From Callorhinchus milii (taxonomy: Eukaryota), in assembly GCF_018977255.1 (NCBI RefSeq), contig NW_024704752.1, positions 18,848,001 to 18,912,000 of the forward strand: a stretch of DNA of 64,000 nt, read 5' to 3'. Position numbers and translations under genes: made by a program. Numbering within the stretch: the stretch's first letter is position 1; each line of letters begins with the position of its first letter. Below are positions 37,401-50,894 of this stretch, one piece after another. The notes beneath the pieces are model-generated. The model worked only from the letters and a program-made list of their open reading frames with translations, was not told where the DNA came from and ran no database searches.

Positions 37401-40400
37401 TATAAATATTGAAACAAAATGTTGTTTTAGACTTTTGATCAACAACAAGTGCTTATGTAAAAATTCATCAGAATAAAGAACCATCATAAATGCCACTCAA
37501 TTGTATCCAGATAAAAATGTGATATTTTATTATTCCAATTCTGGTACAGACAAGATAAATTACGGTCTTTATTGAGCACGGTCTGCAGTGGAGTGGTATT
37601 ACAGCATAACTAACTGCATAACTTTTAGATTTAAAAAAATCCCTGAAATGTCCTCTCTCCCCCTCCCCCATTTCATAGATGGTCACATGGCTTATATCAA
37701 ACAGGAAAGGCAGTTATAAGTCTACACGAAAATTTAAAGTAAAAAAACTTACCTTTGGCATCAAATACCCACAGTTCACTTACTTTTTTCACACTTGCAG
37801 AGAAGTCCGCTACTATTTTCAGAATATTGTTAGTTTCCGCAAAGTCTTTGCAGGTGAAAGGCTCATCAGCACAGATTACTCTAATGGCAAGACCAGGGCC
37901 TTAAAAAAAACACAGAAGTCCTTTAAATATAATTAAAAAGAGGAATTTATGGTTTAACGTGGATAGATTTTGATTTTGTTTACCTGGGAATGGGTGTCTA
38001 GAAACAAGTTCTTCAGGGAGACCCAATTCTCTGCCAAGTGCCCTCACCTCATCCTTGTGAAAGTCTTTAAGTGGTTCAATCACTTTGCCCTACAAAACCC
38101 AAAATTAACATTCTCTTCAATACCAAATTGTGAAAGGTTACTCATTGCGGCTAAATTAAACAGATAATAATCTTATAATCCTTGCCTTTGATATAGCACC
38201 TTATCACGTCTTCGAGACATCTCAATGCGCTTCACAGAATATATTGTAAAGTAAATTGACTGTATATTTTGCAGGCAAAACTCAGCAGCCAATTGCGCAC
38301 TACAGTGTCCACAAACGACAAAGTCGTGGATTGAGTGACCAAATTATTATCTTTTTTTTTGAAGGGATTATTATTATCCCCAGAAAAGCGATCTTGCAAA
38401 CAACTAGGTTCCTAGTTACTGCTATGTAAACAGAAGCGTGTGGAGTAAGGAAACTTGCCCAATGTATTGCTCTATCCAGGAATCGAACCCAGGTCCTCTC
38501 CCTTGCGAGGCGGGTGCTCTAATTACCAAGCTGCAGGAGGCTAGTTAGCAAATTGCTGTCTGTTGCAGACAGATAACATTTGGTCAACTGAAAACTGAAG
38601 TGCAAAACAAGTACACAGTTTACTGCATGTAAACCATAGTATCAAGGGTAACCTAGATAGTTTAAGTTTGGATCAAGCATCAAATTTAATAACTTTTGTG
38701 CTTACCATAAAAAAAACTGTGCATTTGACATAGCATCTCTCATGCCACAATGAGATCCCAAAATGCATCACAGGATTTACCACAAAGTGACTGTTTTGTA
38801 GGTGACAGTGGTGTATATTGTACACTAAGCAAAATACAAAAACTCACCTCCTCCCTCAACTTTCTTATCAATTCTGTGTCATTATGGTGGGTCTTAATAA
38901 CATCTGCTTTGCCACTTGCTACTGTTGAGGCACTTTCAATTAAATCTGGTCTCAAAGTCCCTTGTGCAAGGTACACTTCCTCAGGCTTCAGATTCATTTC
39001 CCCAATTACTTCATTGGCGACCTAGAATAGAGAGATTATCAAATAGCATGAGACACATGTAAAAACATATACAAGACCCTCATTTAGCATGATTACAAAT
39101 ATCTTGTGATTAAATTGTATCATGCAATTTATATTACTCCTCAATTCAAGAGAGCGTGTGAAACTTGTACCACTGTTTTAAATAAATAATTAAATAGGAG
39201 GGCTGAAAATCAAAAGGGGGTTAAATGAGCCAGTTTCTTCCATCTCTTGCACATGAGCAATAATAGCAGAAATAGTTAGTAGCAGATGGAATATAATATT
39301 GGCGATGTGATAGCAATGAATTCAATCTATGTTTATAGACATCGTTAGGAATGCACCGCAATTAAGAACTTTTTCTGCTTAAAAACAAAGTTTCAGGTCA
39401 ACAAAGAAATGTCAAAACATACCTTCACAAAGGTATCCCCTATTATTTTTCTTTTTTCTTCTGGATTTGTGGTCATATTTAAGGTCTTACTAATTCTCTT
39501 CCTGGGAGTTCGGTCTTCTTCTGAAATTGGCAAAGTTGTTGTCCCATTGTAGAATGCATGTGCTGCGTTAACCACTAGGCAAAAAAATAACATGTTAAAC
39601 TACAGCAAGAAATTGATTAAATTTTTTTTAGTGTACACAAGTTCTTTTTAACCGTGTTCACCAATATTGTGTTTTTTTTAAAAAACCAACATGATTAACC
39701 TCTTCTTTTTAACAAGACATTCACAATCACAACTTGGAAGCTTGGGGAGCAGGAGATTAGAAGCTTACACCAACAGCAGGTTACTAATATTGACCCTTAA
39801 AGATAAATGGAAATAAACTGACTTATTTCAGATTACGAAATTAAAAAATGGCTTTACCTTTAACCTTAATGCCAAGTTTCTTCAAGGCTTCCTCCACAGA
39901 CTGACTCTCTCTTTTCCGCATGAAACCATTGTCAATGTGGACAGCAATTACTTGGTCTGGATTCAAAGCCTTATTCAGCAATGCTGTACACACTGTGGAG
40001 TCCACACCTCCACTCAACAAAACCTGCAGACAAGTTCTGAAGTTAGAATTTCACATTGTTGAAAGACAATTCAATAATAGTTTATTGAAAAAATTGTTAC
40101 TGTAACTTTATTCCATCACTTGTGTTGAGCCTTTAAACGAGTCGATGGAAAATTCCAATATTGATTAAACGTACCAAAACTTTGGAATGTCCAACTTTCT
40201 CTTGTATCTCTCGGATACATTCTGCTTCTCTATTCTCCACTGTGAAGGTGCCACTGCAACCAGCAATATCAAACAAGAAATTCTTCAAAATGTCCTTGCC
40301 ACGTTCAGTCAAGTCTACTTCCGGATGGAACTGAACACCATATAGCTTTTTAGATTCATTTGCTATTGCTGTGTAAATTAATCAAACAGAAAATTAACAT

Positions 40401-43400
40401 TCATAATTATAATCACAATAAAACAAACACAAACTAATTACTGTTCCAAACTAATGAAAATAATCCATATTTAAAATTGCTTTACTTTATCTGCAAACAC
40501 AATTTTTTTTTAAAAAATCACCTAAAAGATGAACTTTTTCCACTTTTTGGTATGCCATTGCATTTGGGCCTTTGATGCACCACACATTGAGTGCCCAATC
40601 TCAGCTGTGCTGTGGGAGTCATGGCAAATCAGAAAATTACATTGACCAAACACATTTTTGGCAACAACATTAAAATGGCATATGCAGAGGTTTGGGAGAA
40701 ACTTATCTGCACTGGGTTGATGTACATCTTTGGGAAGAATTTTTTTTAAAAAAACAGGAATTGATTTGGATTTTTATGTTGATAAAAACCTGTGCTGACC
40801 ATGGATCACTTACTATTCATTGCTCAACTGGACAAGTATACCTGCTGCAATGTTTCCAGATTGTGCAACCACTTTAAAGCCCTCTGCCACCTTGTCCACA
40901 CTGTCACCATGAGTAAGCAGTACAAGCTCATCTTTCTGTAGACCTCTGGAAGAAAGCAGAAAGAAATTGTAAACAAAATGTAAAAAACAAACATGAGAAT
41001 AAGTTATCTGAAGGAGGCCAACATAAAAAAGAGGCAGGAGTTCAAAACTAGGCAAAGGCATGCATCAAAAGGCTAGACACCTTCTTGAAATAATTCTCAA
41101 TGATTTGGGTTTGTTTTCCTAAGGGGAAGGAACTGAGCAATTATTCTAAAATATTCATTAAAGCACTTACATTTATACTGTTAAATCAACTTGAGAAAAC
41201 TTTACAGGAGAATAAGAAAAGCAGAGGGACAATTACTATCTGGTCTATAAAGTATGTAACGTGGAAGTGATCAAACAGTTGACAATTTTTTAAAAAAATG
41301 TATACACCGAGTATCCACTGTCCACTTTTTAAACACATGGGTTCTATATTTTCCCAAAATATCAAATGCAACTGCAAAATAACAATACTTTATGATGCAT
41401 CTCAATTTTAATTGTTATTGGCTGGTAGCCCTTCCACATGCCATTCAAAACATTCAAATTACTGCAGATCATTAACTCTTTTGATTCTATATTTCTCAAT
41501 AGGAAAATAAACCTAAGAGACCCATCAACAAGTTTTTGTCAATACCTGAATAATGAACAGCTATTGTCCACATTTATTTTAAACACTCCATCTTCTCTCA
41601 CATATTTTCTATGGACTGTACCTCCAAAAACTTTATTCATCATCTGTGAAATTTAAAAAAAGTGCCATCAACTACAGAAGACAAACAACAACTTTCCCTT
41701 ACATTCAATTAGATATTTTAATTTACTGAAGACGAAGCAACATAAAAGTAACTTATGAATTTATTCTTCTCATTCAGTCAGTAGAAACTCAGTCCTACAT
41801 TATTGGGAAAAACAAAAGTATTTTTGACAAAGCAAACCCCATGGCATCCTCTGAACCAAAAGATTATACATGAAAATTTAATTTCTGAATTAACCTTTTT
41901 TTAAATCAAACACTCACGTTAGTGGATCAACATCCAACTGCTTCATATTAACAATACCTGCATCCCATAGCAAATTCCAAGAACAGGCTTGCCAATTGTA
42001 AATATCGCTGGATCAAACCACGGGGCATCTTCTGCATATACAGAACTTGGGCCTCCAGATATGATGATAGCTCTGCAAGGCAGTAAATATTTGGTAAGTT
42101 TCTCATTTGCTGTATTTTCGATTCTGGGTAAGAAAGCAAGTTATGTAACTCTCCTGATCACCAATTGAAACAGCAGAAAACAAACTTCTACCTCAACATT
42201 ACAAAAACAAGAGATTCAAGTATCTTATTTTACCAGCAATACATTGTACTGTAATCAAATTAAGTATATTTCTCACAGCAAATTGTATCATCCAAGATAA
42301 CAAGCTTGGGAGTGCTGCATTATCAGAGATGTCATACTTCAGATAAGACATTAATCCAAGGTAATTTCTGCCTGTTCAGGTGCAAGTTAAAGATCCTGGG
42401 GCACTATTCAAAAAGAGAAGTCTTTCCCAGTATCCTAGTCAATAATACTCCAGAAAAAAATTAATTTGATGCATGTGTGAAAATGTGTTCAAATAGACAC
42501 CACTTTTGCCTATAAATACACTTTATAAGTACTTCATGAAGTGCTCTGAGACATTACTGAAATTACAGGAACTATATCAAATGCAAGAATTATTATAAAT
42601 AATCCTTGCATTTGATATAACACCTCATCACATCATTGTGACATCTCAAAGCGCTTCAGATTGTACTGTAAAGTAAATTGACTGTACATTTTCTGGGCAA
42701 AACGCAGCAGCCAATTGTCATGCATTCAATGACCACATTTTTTTTTAAAAAAGGGATTATTACCCCTAGAAAGCAATCGTCAATTGACTAACAACCAGGT
42801 TCCTACTGATTGATAGGTAAACATTGACATGTGGAGAAACTTGCCTACAGTTTTGCCACAACCAGGAATCAAACCCGGGTCCTCTCGCTTGAGAGGCAAG
42901 TGCTCTAACCAATACGCTGCAGGACTCCTGTAGCAGCAGATTATGCTGTTAAGAATAAAGTACATGCATGCATGTCACTTGGATCACTCAGCAGAGATCA
43001 ATCACAAATGAATGATAAATGATGCATTCCAGTTTCTAAACAGAGAACTTCTACTTCTAGTAAATTATACTAAAAGGATTTGTCAACAATCTGATAATTA
43101 AAGGGACTGTCTGAATAAACCTTTTAAAAACAATAGATTGAAGTTTTAGGTTAAGATAAAACTAGTATGGAATGGTTGGATAACAATGAAAACAATAGAA
43201 ATAGTGCAATAAACAAAATAGTGCTTCAAAGCATTTGTACACCAGTAAGATTGTAGAATACTGTGCAGCCACCCCTGTAAAATTTGTAGTTGTATTAACC
43301 ATCATCAATTGAAGGCATAGGCACTCTTCAACTACAAGAATTTATTTAAATTCACTTAATGTAAACACTGAATCTTAAATAACTCGAGATGAGAAATAAC

Positions 43401-46400
43401 CAACAGGCAGGAAAAATCATAAGAAAAAACACTGGGTCTTCACTTGTCTGAATAACATGATAACAATAGATTAAGTAAGATGCTAATATGATTTGAAAAG
43501 ATACAAAGATTAGTTCTTACCGAAAACCATTCTCTTTGATTGCAAAAGCAGGGGTCTCCAGGGGCAAGATTTCTGACTGCACAAACAGTTCTCTTACACG
43601 TCTGTCAATCACTTTGCCATACTGAGCTCCTGCATCAAGAATCACTAAAGCCCCTTCGTATTGATGTCCAACATCCTTGATGTCTCCTCCAGCAGCGTCC
43701 TGTTAGCAAAAAACAATACTGATCATTGCAGAAGACATGTAATAGCTTTTTTTTTACAACAGTTGCAATAAAAATATTTTTTTTATACATATTGTCATTT
43801 ATTAATTTCCATAAATACACAATGTCACTGAGAATACCTTAGAAGGGAAGAATTGTGAGATGACTGGGAGTACAGTACTTTGTTCAAAGTATAGATCCCA
43901 ATCCCAATAGTTACACATATTTTATTCGTGAAATTACATAGAATTTCCATGATCACAGAATCCTGGTATTTTGTGTCTCTTCTGCTAGGCCTCTCCAGTG
44001 TCGTCAGTTACAGAAAAAGCGAAATGCATCCAGGAGTGAACTATTCATTTCAATAGGGCTCAGCATTTCAGAAGGACTGGCAACCATCCAAACAACCAGA
44101 AAGAAAATATAGCACTGACCAGTCCCATGTTTGCTAGAGTTGAGAAGTTCATCAACACTACTGACATTACCAAAGTGGACAAGGAGAGAACACGGGAACT
44201 GGAAAACTAATTGAATATTCAATCAAAGAAATTACAGTCCACCAAGCAGCAATTCAGCCCATGTGCCGATTGTTGGTACTAATGCCTCCAAGGCAGTTGT
44301 ATAATCTAGTTATTCTTTCCTGCTGTATATTTACAAATATTTATCAACTCTTTAACCATTGGCTCATTTTCATACGCGCACTGAAAAAGTCAACATTTGT
44401 CACCACCATTGGTTTAGACAAAGTGATGCTGCATTTGACAACAACAAAATTACATTTGTATTGCGCCTTTCACGTCGGTAGGATGTCCCAAGGTGCTGGA
44501 CAGTCAGTGTTTCAGACCCAAGCTGGGGGTCAGAATCGAGGAGGGTAGAGGGCAGGAGGTTGATCAGAGCCTTGGGACTTCCTCCTGACGTGAAAAGCGC
44601 TATACAAATGTCATTTTGTTGTTGATGATCAAAGGTACGGTCAAAGAGGAGAGACTTGAGATCGGTCTTGAAGGAGGCAAGGGGGGATGGAATGGAGTTC
44701 CCGAGGGTGGGGGGGCGTGGCTGAAGGCCCGCCTGCTAATGGCGAGGTGGGGGATGTGAAGCAGGCCGGAGCCCGCTGAGCAGACGGAGCGGGCAGGTTG
44801 GTAGGGGGTTAGGAGGTCGCAGAGGTAGGGAGAAGCAAGGCCATTGAGGGGTATGAAGGTGAACAAAACCTCTTCAGCTTCCTTTTAGCTATTCTCCAAC
44901 CAAATTCCTAATTTTTAAACGTATAAGTAACTTTTCTGTTAGCAACTAAACTAACAGTAATTGGCAATATTACATTATGAATATTGCAACAGAATTTAAA
45001 AGTTTACATTGAATGCTTTCTTCCAAAGGAGTAACCTTTTTTTTAAAAATTGCTTGAATGGATCTTCAGACAAGTTTCAAATCACAAATATTGTTTTAAG
45101 TAATAATAATAATATGGTCACCCAAGCCAATTCAAGACAGGTGCAAATCTTGTATCACATCACACCAGTCCCCTGAAGATTTGTCTCAAACAATTTACAA
45201 TTCAAAACACAAAAATACTGCAGGGAATCTGAAAACAAAAACAGAAGTGGCTGGCAATACTCAGCAGGTCAGGCAGCATCTATCCAGCATCTATAACGAA
45301 AGACTGACGATTGTTCTGACAAAGGTCGTGGACCCAAAACGTTGACTCACTTTTCTTTCTCCATAGAAACTGTCTGACCTGCTGAGTGTTCCCAGCAATT
45401 TACAGTTCAAGTCAGTTCTCACCAAATATGTGCTTCAGGACATAGCACTATCCGTACATGATTCGGCTACTGGGAGTTGAGTTAAGAGCATGTCAGCCTT
45501 TTAACCCTTTAAACCATCCATTACAGTATTTCGTATCAATGAATGAGCAGCCTTAGTACAGCATGAAATAAACACAAATATCTGTGGGAGGGAGCATTTT
45601 ATAATCATATATTTTTACAAAAAATAGGAGTGTAAACCTATCTCTTGAAGCAATCTTCAATTTAGCCACCCACTTTCCCTATGCACCTTTATTTATGAAA
45701 AGTGTCCCAGTGCAGATCATCACTCACACAGAACTCATTTCAGACCAGCCTGGATATTAATACAGCATCACCCAAGCTAACAAAAGGTAGTACTCGCTGG
45801 GTGCAACTGGTACCGTCTTTTCACAACTTGGGCATCTGTGAATTAATATCGAGATTCCCTAAAGTAAAACAATCTGTTAAAAGTAAAAAAATCACACTTT
45901 AGGTCACACAAAAGATATCAGTAAACCAACTGCACTTCGGGTGACCCAAAAGCCATCTTTAATAGCTTGCATTATTAAAAGCAGTCTAAGCTGTTTTTTT
46001 AAACTAATCTTTTTATTCATACTAAATTATCTAAATTGGGTTTTACTTTTTTTAAAAAACTATGCAAACTGTTTTCAAATAGGATTAACATAAAAATTCT
46101 GGGCGATAACTCAAGAGGAAGCATATTCTTAACTCAAAATTGTAGTGCACTGAAGGAACCCAAAGTACTGTATACCCACAGTGAGCCAATTTTTTTTTAA
46201 AAAACTCCTTAAAACATTTACAACATCTACCACCAGGATTTCTAATATATATCATATATATATATATATAAAAAAGGTGCAGCCTATTGAAGCTTGACAA
46301 CTGTTTACATAGATACTCTGGGTCCAAATAAAAGGAATGAGCTGAGCTGCTCATAGTGCGTGCACCACAAGAATAATCTTTTAAATAATCGTTCGCCCAC

Positions 46401-47529
46401 GAAATACACAGTCAATTCGCTCGACCGTATATCCTTCGAAGAGTTCTTCGAGACGTCTCGAGGTCGCGATAAGGCGCTGTGTCAAACGCAAGGATTATTA
46501 TTATTATTATTATTATTAAACTGCTCAGTGTCAAAGAACATGAGGGCCATAAAAGCCCAGGTTCGACTACTTCGGACAGGCATCGTGCGAGTGGGTCCCA
46601 AACACGTTCATGGATGACAAGTGCGAGCAAACAAAAGTTGGCTGTGCAGTCAGTCAGTCAGACAGACAGACACGAGCCCCCCCGCACCTTTAAGGCACCT
46701 TTAAGTGCGCCCATGCGGACAAAGGCCATTTTGCACCCGCCGACAAGAATCACCGAGAAGCCCCTCTCTCTCTCTCTCTCTCACCCCCCAGGGCCGAGGC
46801 CCAGCGTTACACCCCACCCCCCCCATCCCCCCCAGGGCCTCGGGAACAGCTCCTACCATAACCCGTCCCGAACCCCTGGAGAGGCGAGGAATGGGGGGGG
46901 CGTTACACACCGAGTTCACCGTCACACGCGCACACACACAGACACACGCGCGCGCGCAGCTCGAGCGGCGCCGGTCGCGGCCCTCCTCCTCCTCTCCCCC
47001 TCACTCACTCTCTCTCTCTCTCTCTCTCGGGCCGCGCGCGACCCCAAAACCTTAACCATCTCGAAGCTTCTCCGTCCCGAGTTATTTTAATGGCCGCTTG
47101 GCGGGTTACCACCGCCTCCAGCACCAACCAACCAACCAACCCGCCCCGTCCTCGCACCCCCCACACCCCACCCCCACTTCCCCTCTTTTCTCCCCTTCCT
47201 CCCTCCCTCCCTCCCTCTCTCTCTCTCTCTTCCTCCCTCCTTCACTCATGCGGCTGAATGGCCGCTTGAAGCCCACCCCGACAAACAGAGGCCGCAACAA
47301 CCCCCTTCCCTCAGACAGACGGACAGACGGACGGACGGACAGACAGAGCGGGGGCCCGGGATTGCGATCTCCTCGCGGCCTCCTCACACAAAACAATCAT
47401 CACCGCCCGATCCACAGCGGAGCCCTGAGGGCAGAGAGAGGTAATAGAGAGGGGGAGGGGGGGGTTCGCTCGTCTGTCCGCCGCCCCCCGGCCCCGACTG
47501 ACCTTGGTGTCGCCGTTGCATAGTGCCAT
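34408..47529 (-). CDS. GMPS: GMP synthase (glutamine-hydrolysing), 692 aa, 16 exons
   Basis: Exons 47529-47503, 43699-43521, 42072-41958, 41643-41546, 40945-40842, 40368-40175, 40023-39858, 39574-39423, 39021-38848, 38089-37984, 37899-37784, 37182-37057, 35766-35651, 35533-35403, 34842-34670, 34509-34408; total 2079 nt. Motifs [50 protein letters not shown]. Confidence 0.97.
35855..36385 (-). mobile_element. L2-clade LINE 3' fragment
   Basis: Encodes the typical L2 ORF2 C-terminus ([27 protein letters not shown]), frameshifted upstream, followed by a 3' UTR and (TTG)n tail. Confidence 0.8.
36418..36730 (-). mobile_element. Near full-length SINE (same family)
   Basis: Tail, core and tRNA-like head; GMPS intron 12. 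Confidence 0.8.
38165..38540 (-). mobile_element. Full-length SINE (same family)
   Basis: Tail, core and tRNA-like head; GMPS intron 9. Confidence 0.8.
42597..42930 (-). mobile_element. Near full-length SINE (same family)
   Basis: Tail, partial core and head; tail-to-tail with a degraded + copy at ~42400-42596. Confidence 0.75.
44438..44865. mobile_element. Cluster of L2 3' fragments in both orientations
   Basis: Minus tail at 44438-44560, plus tail at 44568-44625, minus body fragment at 44627-44865. Confidence 0.65.
45203..45400. repeat. Fold-back interspersed repeat (half copy also at ~52905-52997)
   Basis: GCTGGCAATACTCAGCAGGTCAGGCAG ... CTGTCTGACCTGCTGAGTGTTCCCAGC are inverted; the left arm recurs in an SLC33A1 intron. 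Confidence 0.65.
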
Positions 47530-47920
47530 TTGGGTGCTGGAAACTTCCCCCCTCTTTCTCTCTCCCTCTCTCTCTCTCCTCTCTCGCTCTCCTCTCTCTC
47601 TCTCTCACGAGCCGTTGCTGTTGGCGCCGAACGAACACGCGCACACACCGCGCGCGCGCGCGCTGACAATGCCGCCAAGCCCCGCCCCCCCCTCCTGACT
47701 GCGCTTGCGCTGTGCTGACCCGCCCTCCGAGAGCCTCGCCCCCCCCCCCCCGCGTGCGCACGCGCGTCTGGCTGTCCCTCGTCTACGCATGCGCACCCGT
47801 GAGTTCTCAACCCACCCAGGAGGTGGCGCTGCTGAGCCAGACCCCCCCCCCCCACCCCCCCACACCAGCCCCCCCCCACCCCATCATCACGTCACGTGCA
47901 AGCAAATAAAACCAATAATA
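46550..47920. promoter_or_regulatory. CpG island / GMPS promoter and first exon
   Basis: CpG-dense. GC box GCCCCGCCCCC at ~47679, NRF1-like TGCGCTTGCGC at ~47700 and CGCATGCGCA at 47786-47795, E-box CACGTG at 47893-47898, CCAAT at ~47913. Confidence 0.8.
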
Positions 47921-49559
47921 ATAATTATTGTTATTGTTATATGGTAATAATTATTATTATTGTCGCGCACAAAACTTTACCCGTCTCGAAGACGCGATGA
48001 GAGGCGCTGTATCGGACGCGAGGATTGTTATATCAATTAATAATAATGTCTGTGTTAAATGCAAGGATTATTATAATGATAATATTAACAATAATGATCC
48101 TTGCGTTTGATGCAGCCCCTTATCACGTCTTCGCGACGTCTCAAACCGCTTCACGGGATGCACTGTAAAGCGAATTGATTGGATATTTTGTGGGCGAAAC
48201 GCGGCAACCAATTGCGCACAGCAGCGTCCCATGAAATAGTGGTGGATTGAAGTGACCAAATTATTATTGTTAATAATATATCTAATAATGTTGGCTTTGA
48301 TTTCAGGAAACGACAGCGTTTTGTTTATGCTGTGATACCAAATCAAACCATTGGAAGGCAGCATTGAGGAGAGGTAACATCAATGGGACTCCGTTCAATT
48401 TGTCATTCCACACTTGGATCATACATGATTTTAAAAGTGCTCAGGCCTCATCTTCCTCCTTTGTTGTCACTTGAACTGAGGCTATGTCAATGTTTTTCTT
48501 GATGATGCCAGTTGTTTCAGGCTTCAGTTTTCCTCTGTCTGTCTAGGGAAACATCAAAGCCTTAACTAAAATATCCCCTAGCTGGTATTCAAAGCATATC
48601 CATCAAGACAACCAGCTGTATTCTTTTTCAAATAACGTACTAAAATAGACTGACTTTTGAATGAGTACCTTGTACTCAATTTAAATTTCATTATTTCTAA
48701 TGCAATTGATTTTAAAAAAATCCCAATCCACATGATACAATATAACTGCACAATAGTGAAGCTTCTCTTCATTTCCTGGCCAAAAGAATGAATGGGGTCT
48801 AAATTAGAGCTCAATGCAAATGCAACAAGTTTGTGCTGTTGATTTGAATTGATTGATACCATTTGAACAGTTATTATTTTCTTTGACATCAAATGACTCC
48901 CAGAACATGAGATCAAGAGAAAGAATCTTTTTTAATTGAAGCACTTTTTTAATGATTTTGATTGAAGTTGTAACATACTCAATTATGTAATAAAAATCCA
49001 TGCACTGTGATCCTTTTAATAATTACTGGGCTTTACACAACACTGGAATTCAAGCAAATGAGGAAAAGGTCCGTGTAAATAATTGCCAGATAATAATAAT
49101 CCTTGCATTTGATATAGCACCTTATCACGTAGTCGAGATGTCTCAAAGCGCTTTATAGAATACATTGTAAAATAGAGTGACTGTATACTTTGCGTGCGAA
49201 ACGCGGCAGCCAATTGCGCACAGCAGTGTCCCACCCGCTTGAAAACCTTCCTCTTCGGCCGTGCTTACGGCCACCTCGCCCCCCACCCACTCCAACTCGG
49301 AGACAGGCTCCGTCACTGTTAAGCGCTCCGAGATGCACTATATAAGTGCAAGTTGTTGTGAGTGTGTGTGTGCTTGTCGTGTGCGCATGCTGTGCGTGTT
49401 GTATGTGTCCCATCCCCCCTCCCCCCCCTTGAAGATCTTTCCTTAGACAGTCTGCAAAAAGCACTGACTTTAAAATATTTGGGCTACTTTGGGCTACTTT
49501 TTGGGCTATTAGTAGGTACCTGGTGGACTTTGGGCTACAAAGTAGCCTTTTTGGTCACA

Positions 49560-49950
49560 CACACACTCCCCCCCCCCCCCCCCCCCCCAGCGCTTGGTGG
49601 TAAGCGCTGCAGTTCCCGCCGCCGGCCGCCGGGGGCCGCTGTCGCCAAAGGCGACCCATAGCGCGCAGCCACGTCAGGAGAGCGGGAGCAGGTGAGTGAG
49701 GGAGGGAGGGAGGGAGTGAGTGAGGGGAAGGAGAGCGGGAAAGGCTGAGCAGCACTGACAGACAGAGAGAGGGAGAGGGGGAGAGAGGAGAGGAGAGATG
49801 GGCTGTGATGGAGTGAGTGATGGAGTGAGTGAGGGGGGGAGGGGGAGGGCTGAGGTGCCCGGGGGGCCGGGCAGGGTCGGGCCGGGAAGGCCTCTCCTCG
49901 CCTCTGTGTGGCCGGTGCCGCTGTTCAAGGGCAGTTACACACAGACACGC
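49560..49950 (+). promoter_or_regulatory. CpG island / SLC33A1 promoter with a probable non-coding first exon ending at 49691
   Basis: GC-rich; consensus donor CAG|GTGAGT at 49691/49692. The first coding exon has an acceptor (TTTTTAG| at 50851) 43 nt before its ATG, so an upstream exon is implied. Confidence 0.65.
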
Positions 49951-50019
49951 AAGTTGTTGTTGTTGTTGTTGATGATGATGCCATCAGCTCGCTTCCCTCT
50001 TCCCTGTTTATTCTTTGGT

Positions 50020-50320
50020 CTCTCCCCCCCTCACCCCCCACTCCCCTCACCCCCCACTCCCCCCCCCCCCCCCTCCCCTCTCCCCCCACTCCCCTCACCC
50101 CCCCCCCCTCCCCCTCACCCCCCCCCCCCCCCCCCCCTCACCCCTCACCCCCCCTCCCCTCACCCCCCCCTCCCCTCACCCCCCCCTCCCCTCACCCCCC
50201 CCCCCCCCCCCTCCCCTCACCCCCCCTCCCCTCACCCCCCCCTCCCCTCACCCCCCCCCTCCCCTCACCCCCCCCCCCCCCCCCCCCCCCCCCCACTCCC
50301 CTCCCCCCCACTCCCCTCCC
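50020..50320. repeat. C-rich low-complexity tract (CCCCTCACCCCCC-like units)
   Basis: About 300 bp of almost only C with interspersed T/A; source of the spurious poly-Pro ORFs. Confidence 0.9.
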
Positions 50321-50894
50321 CAGCAGCTCAAAGACCAGCCCTGTTTTGTGTTAAATGATAATCATAATAATAATATTATAATCCTGGCATTTGACAGAGC
50401 CCCCGATCACTCGGGCCGCGAAGCGTCTCCAGCGTTTCCCCGGGACGCTCCCCTGCGCTGAGGGGCGCTGTAGAAATGCCCGTCATCGTCGTCGTCGTTG
50501 TTGCTGCTGCTGTTGTGACTGTACGTTTTGTGGGCGAAGTGATGTGGCTTTGTGTTAGTCCAACTGATGGGAAGAACCGACAGGAATAATAACTGCCGCT
50601 GCTGCCGCCGATGGTGATGATAATAACATCCATCCTGGCGTTTCACATAGCGCCCTTTCACCCCAGGAGGACGTCTCACAGTGCTTTCTCTGCAAGATTC
50701 TACAGTGACTGTTTTTGGAGGTCAATTTGTGCCCAGCAATGTCCCGCGAACTGTGAAGCGAATGCTGGGGACGGAATGGGGGAGGGATTGTCACCGGGAG
50801 AAACTACCTCCTGTTATGAAATCGTTAACGCTATGTTCTTTGCATTTTTAGGCTCATTAACGGGAAGTTTTGATTGAACGACTTTGGACCTGAC

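Noticed and set aside
46479-47947. Many overlapping ORFs up to 203 aa
   Set aside because: CpG island and microsatellites lack stop codons; only the 27-nt GMPS exon 1 is supported.
49798-50461. Proline-rich, extensin-like ORFs
   Set aside because: Translation of the C-rich low-complexity tract.
50874-50894. ORF-track start MNDFGPD for SLC33A1
   Set aside because: It begins at TTG; the first ATG is at 50895 and fits the homologous N-terminus.
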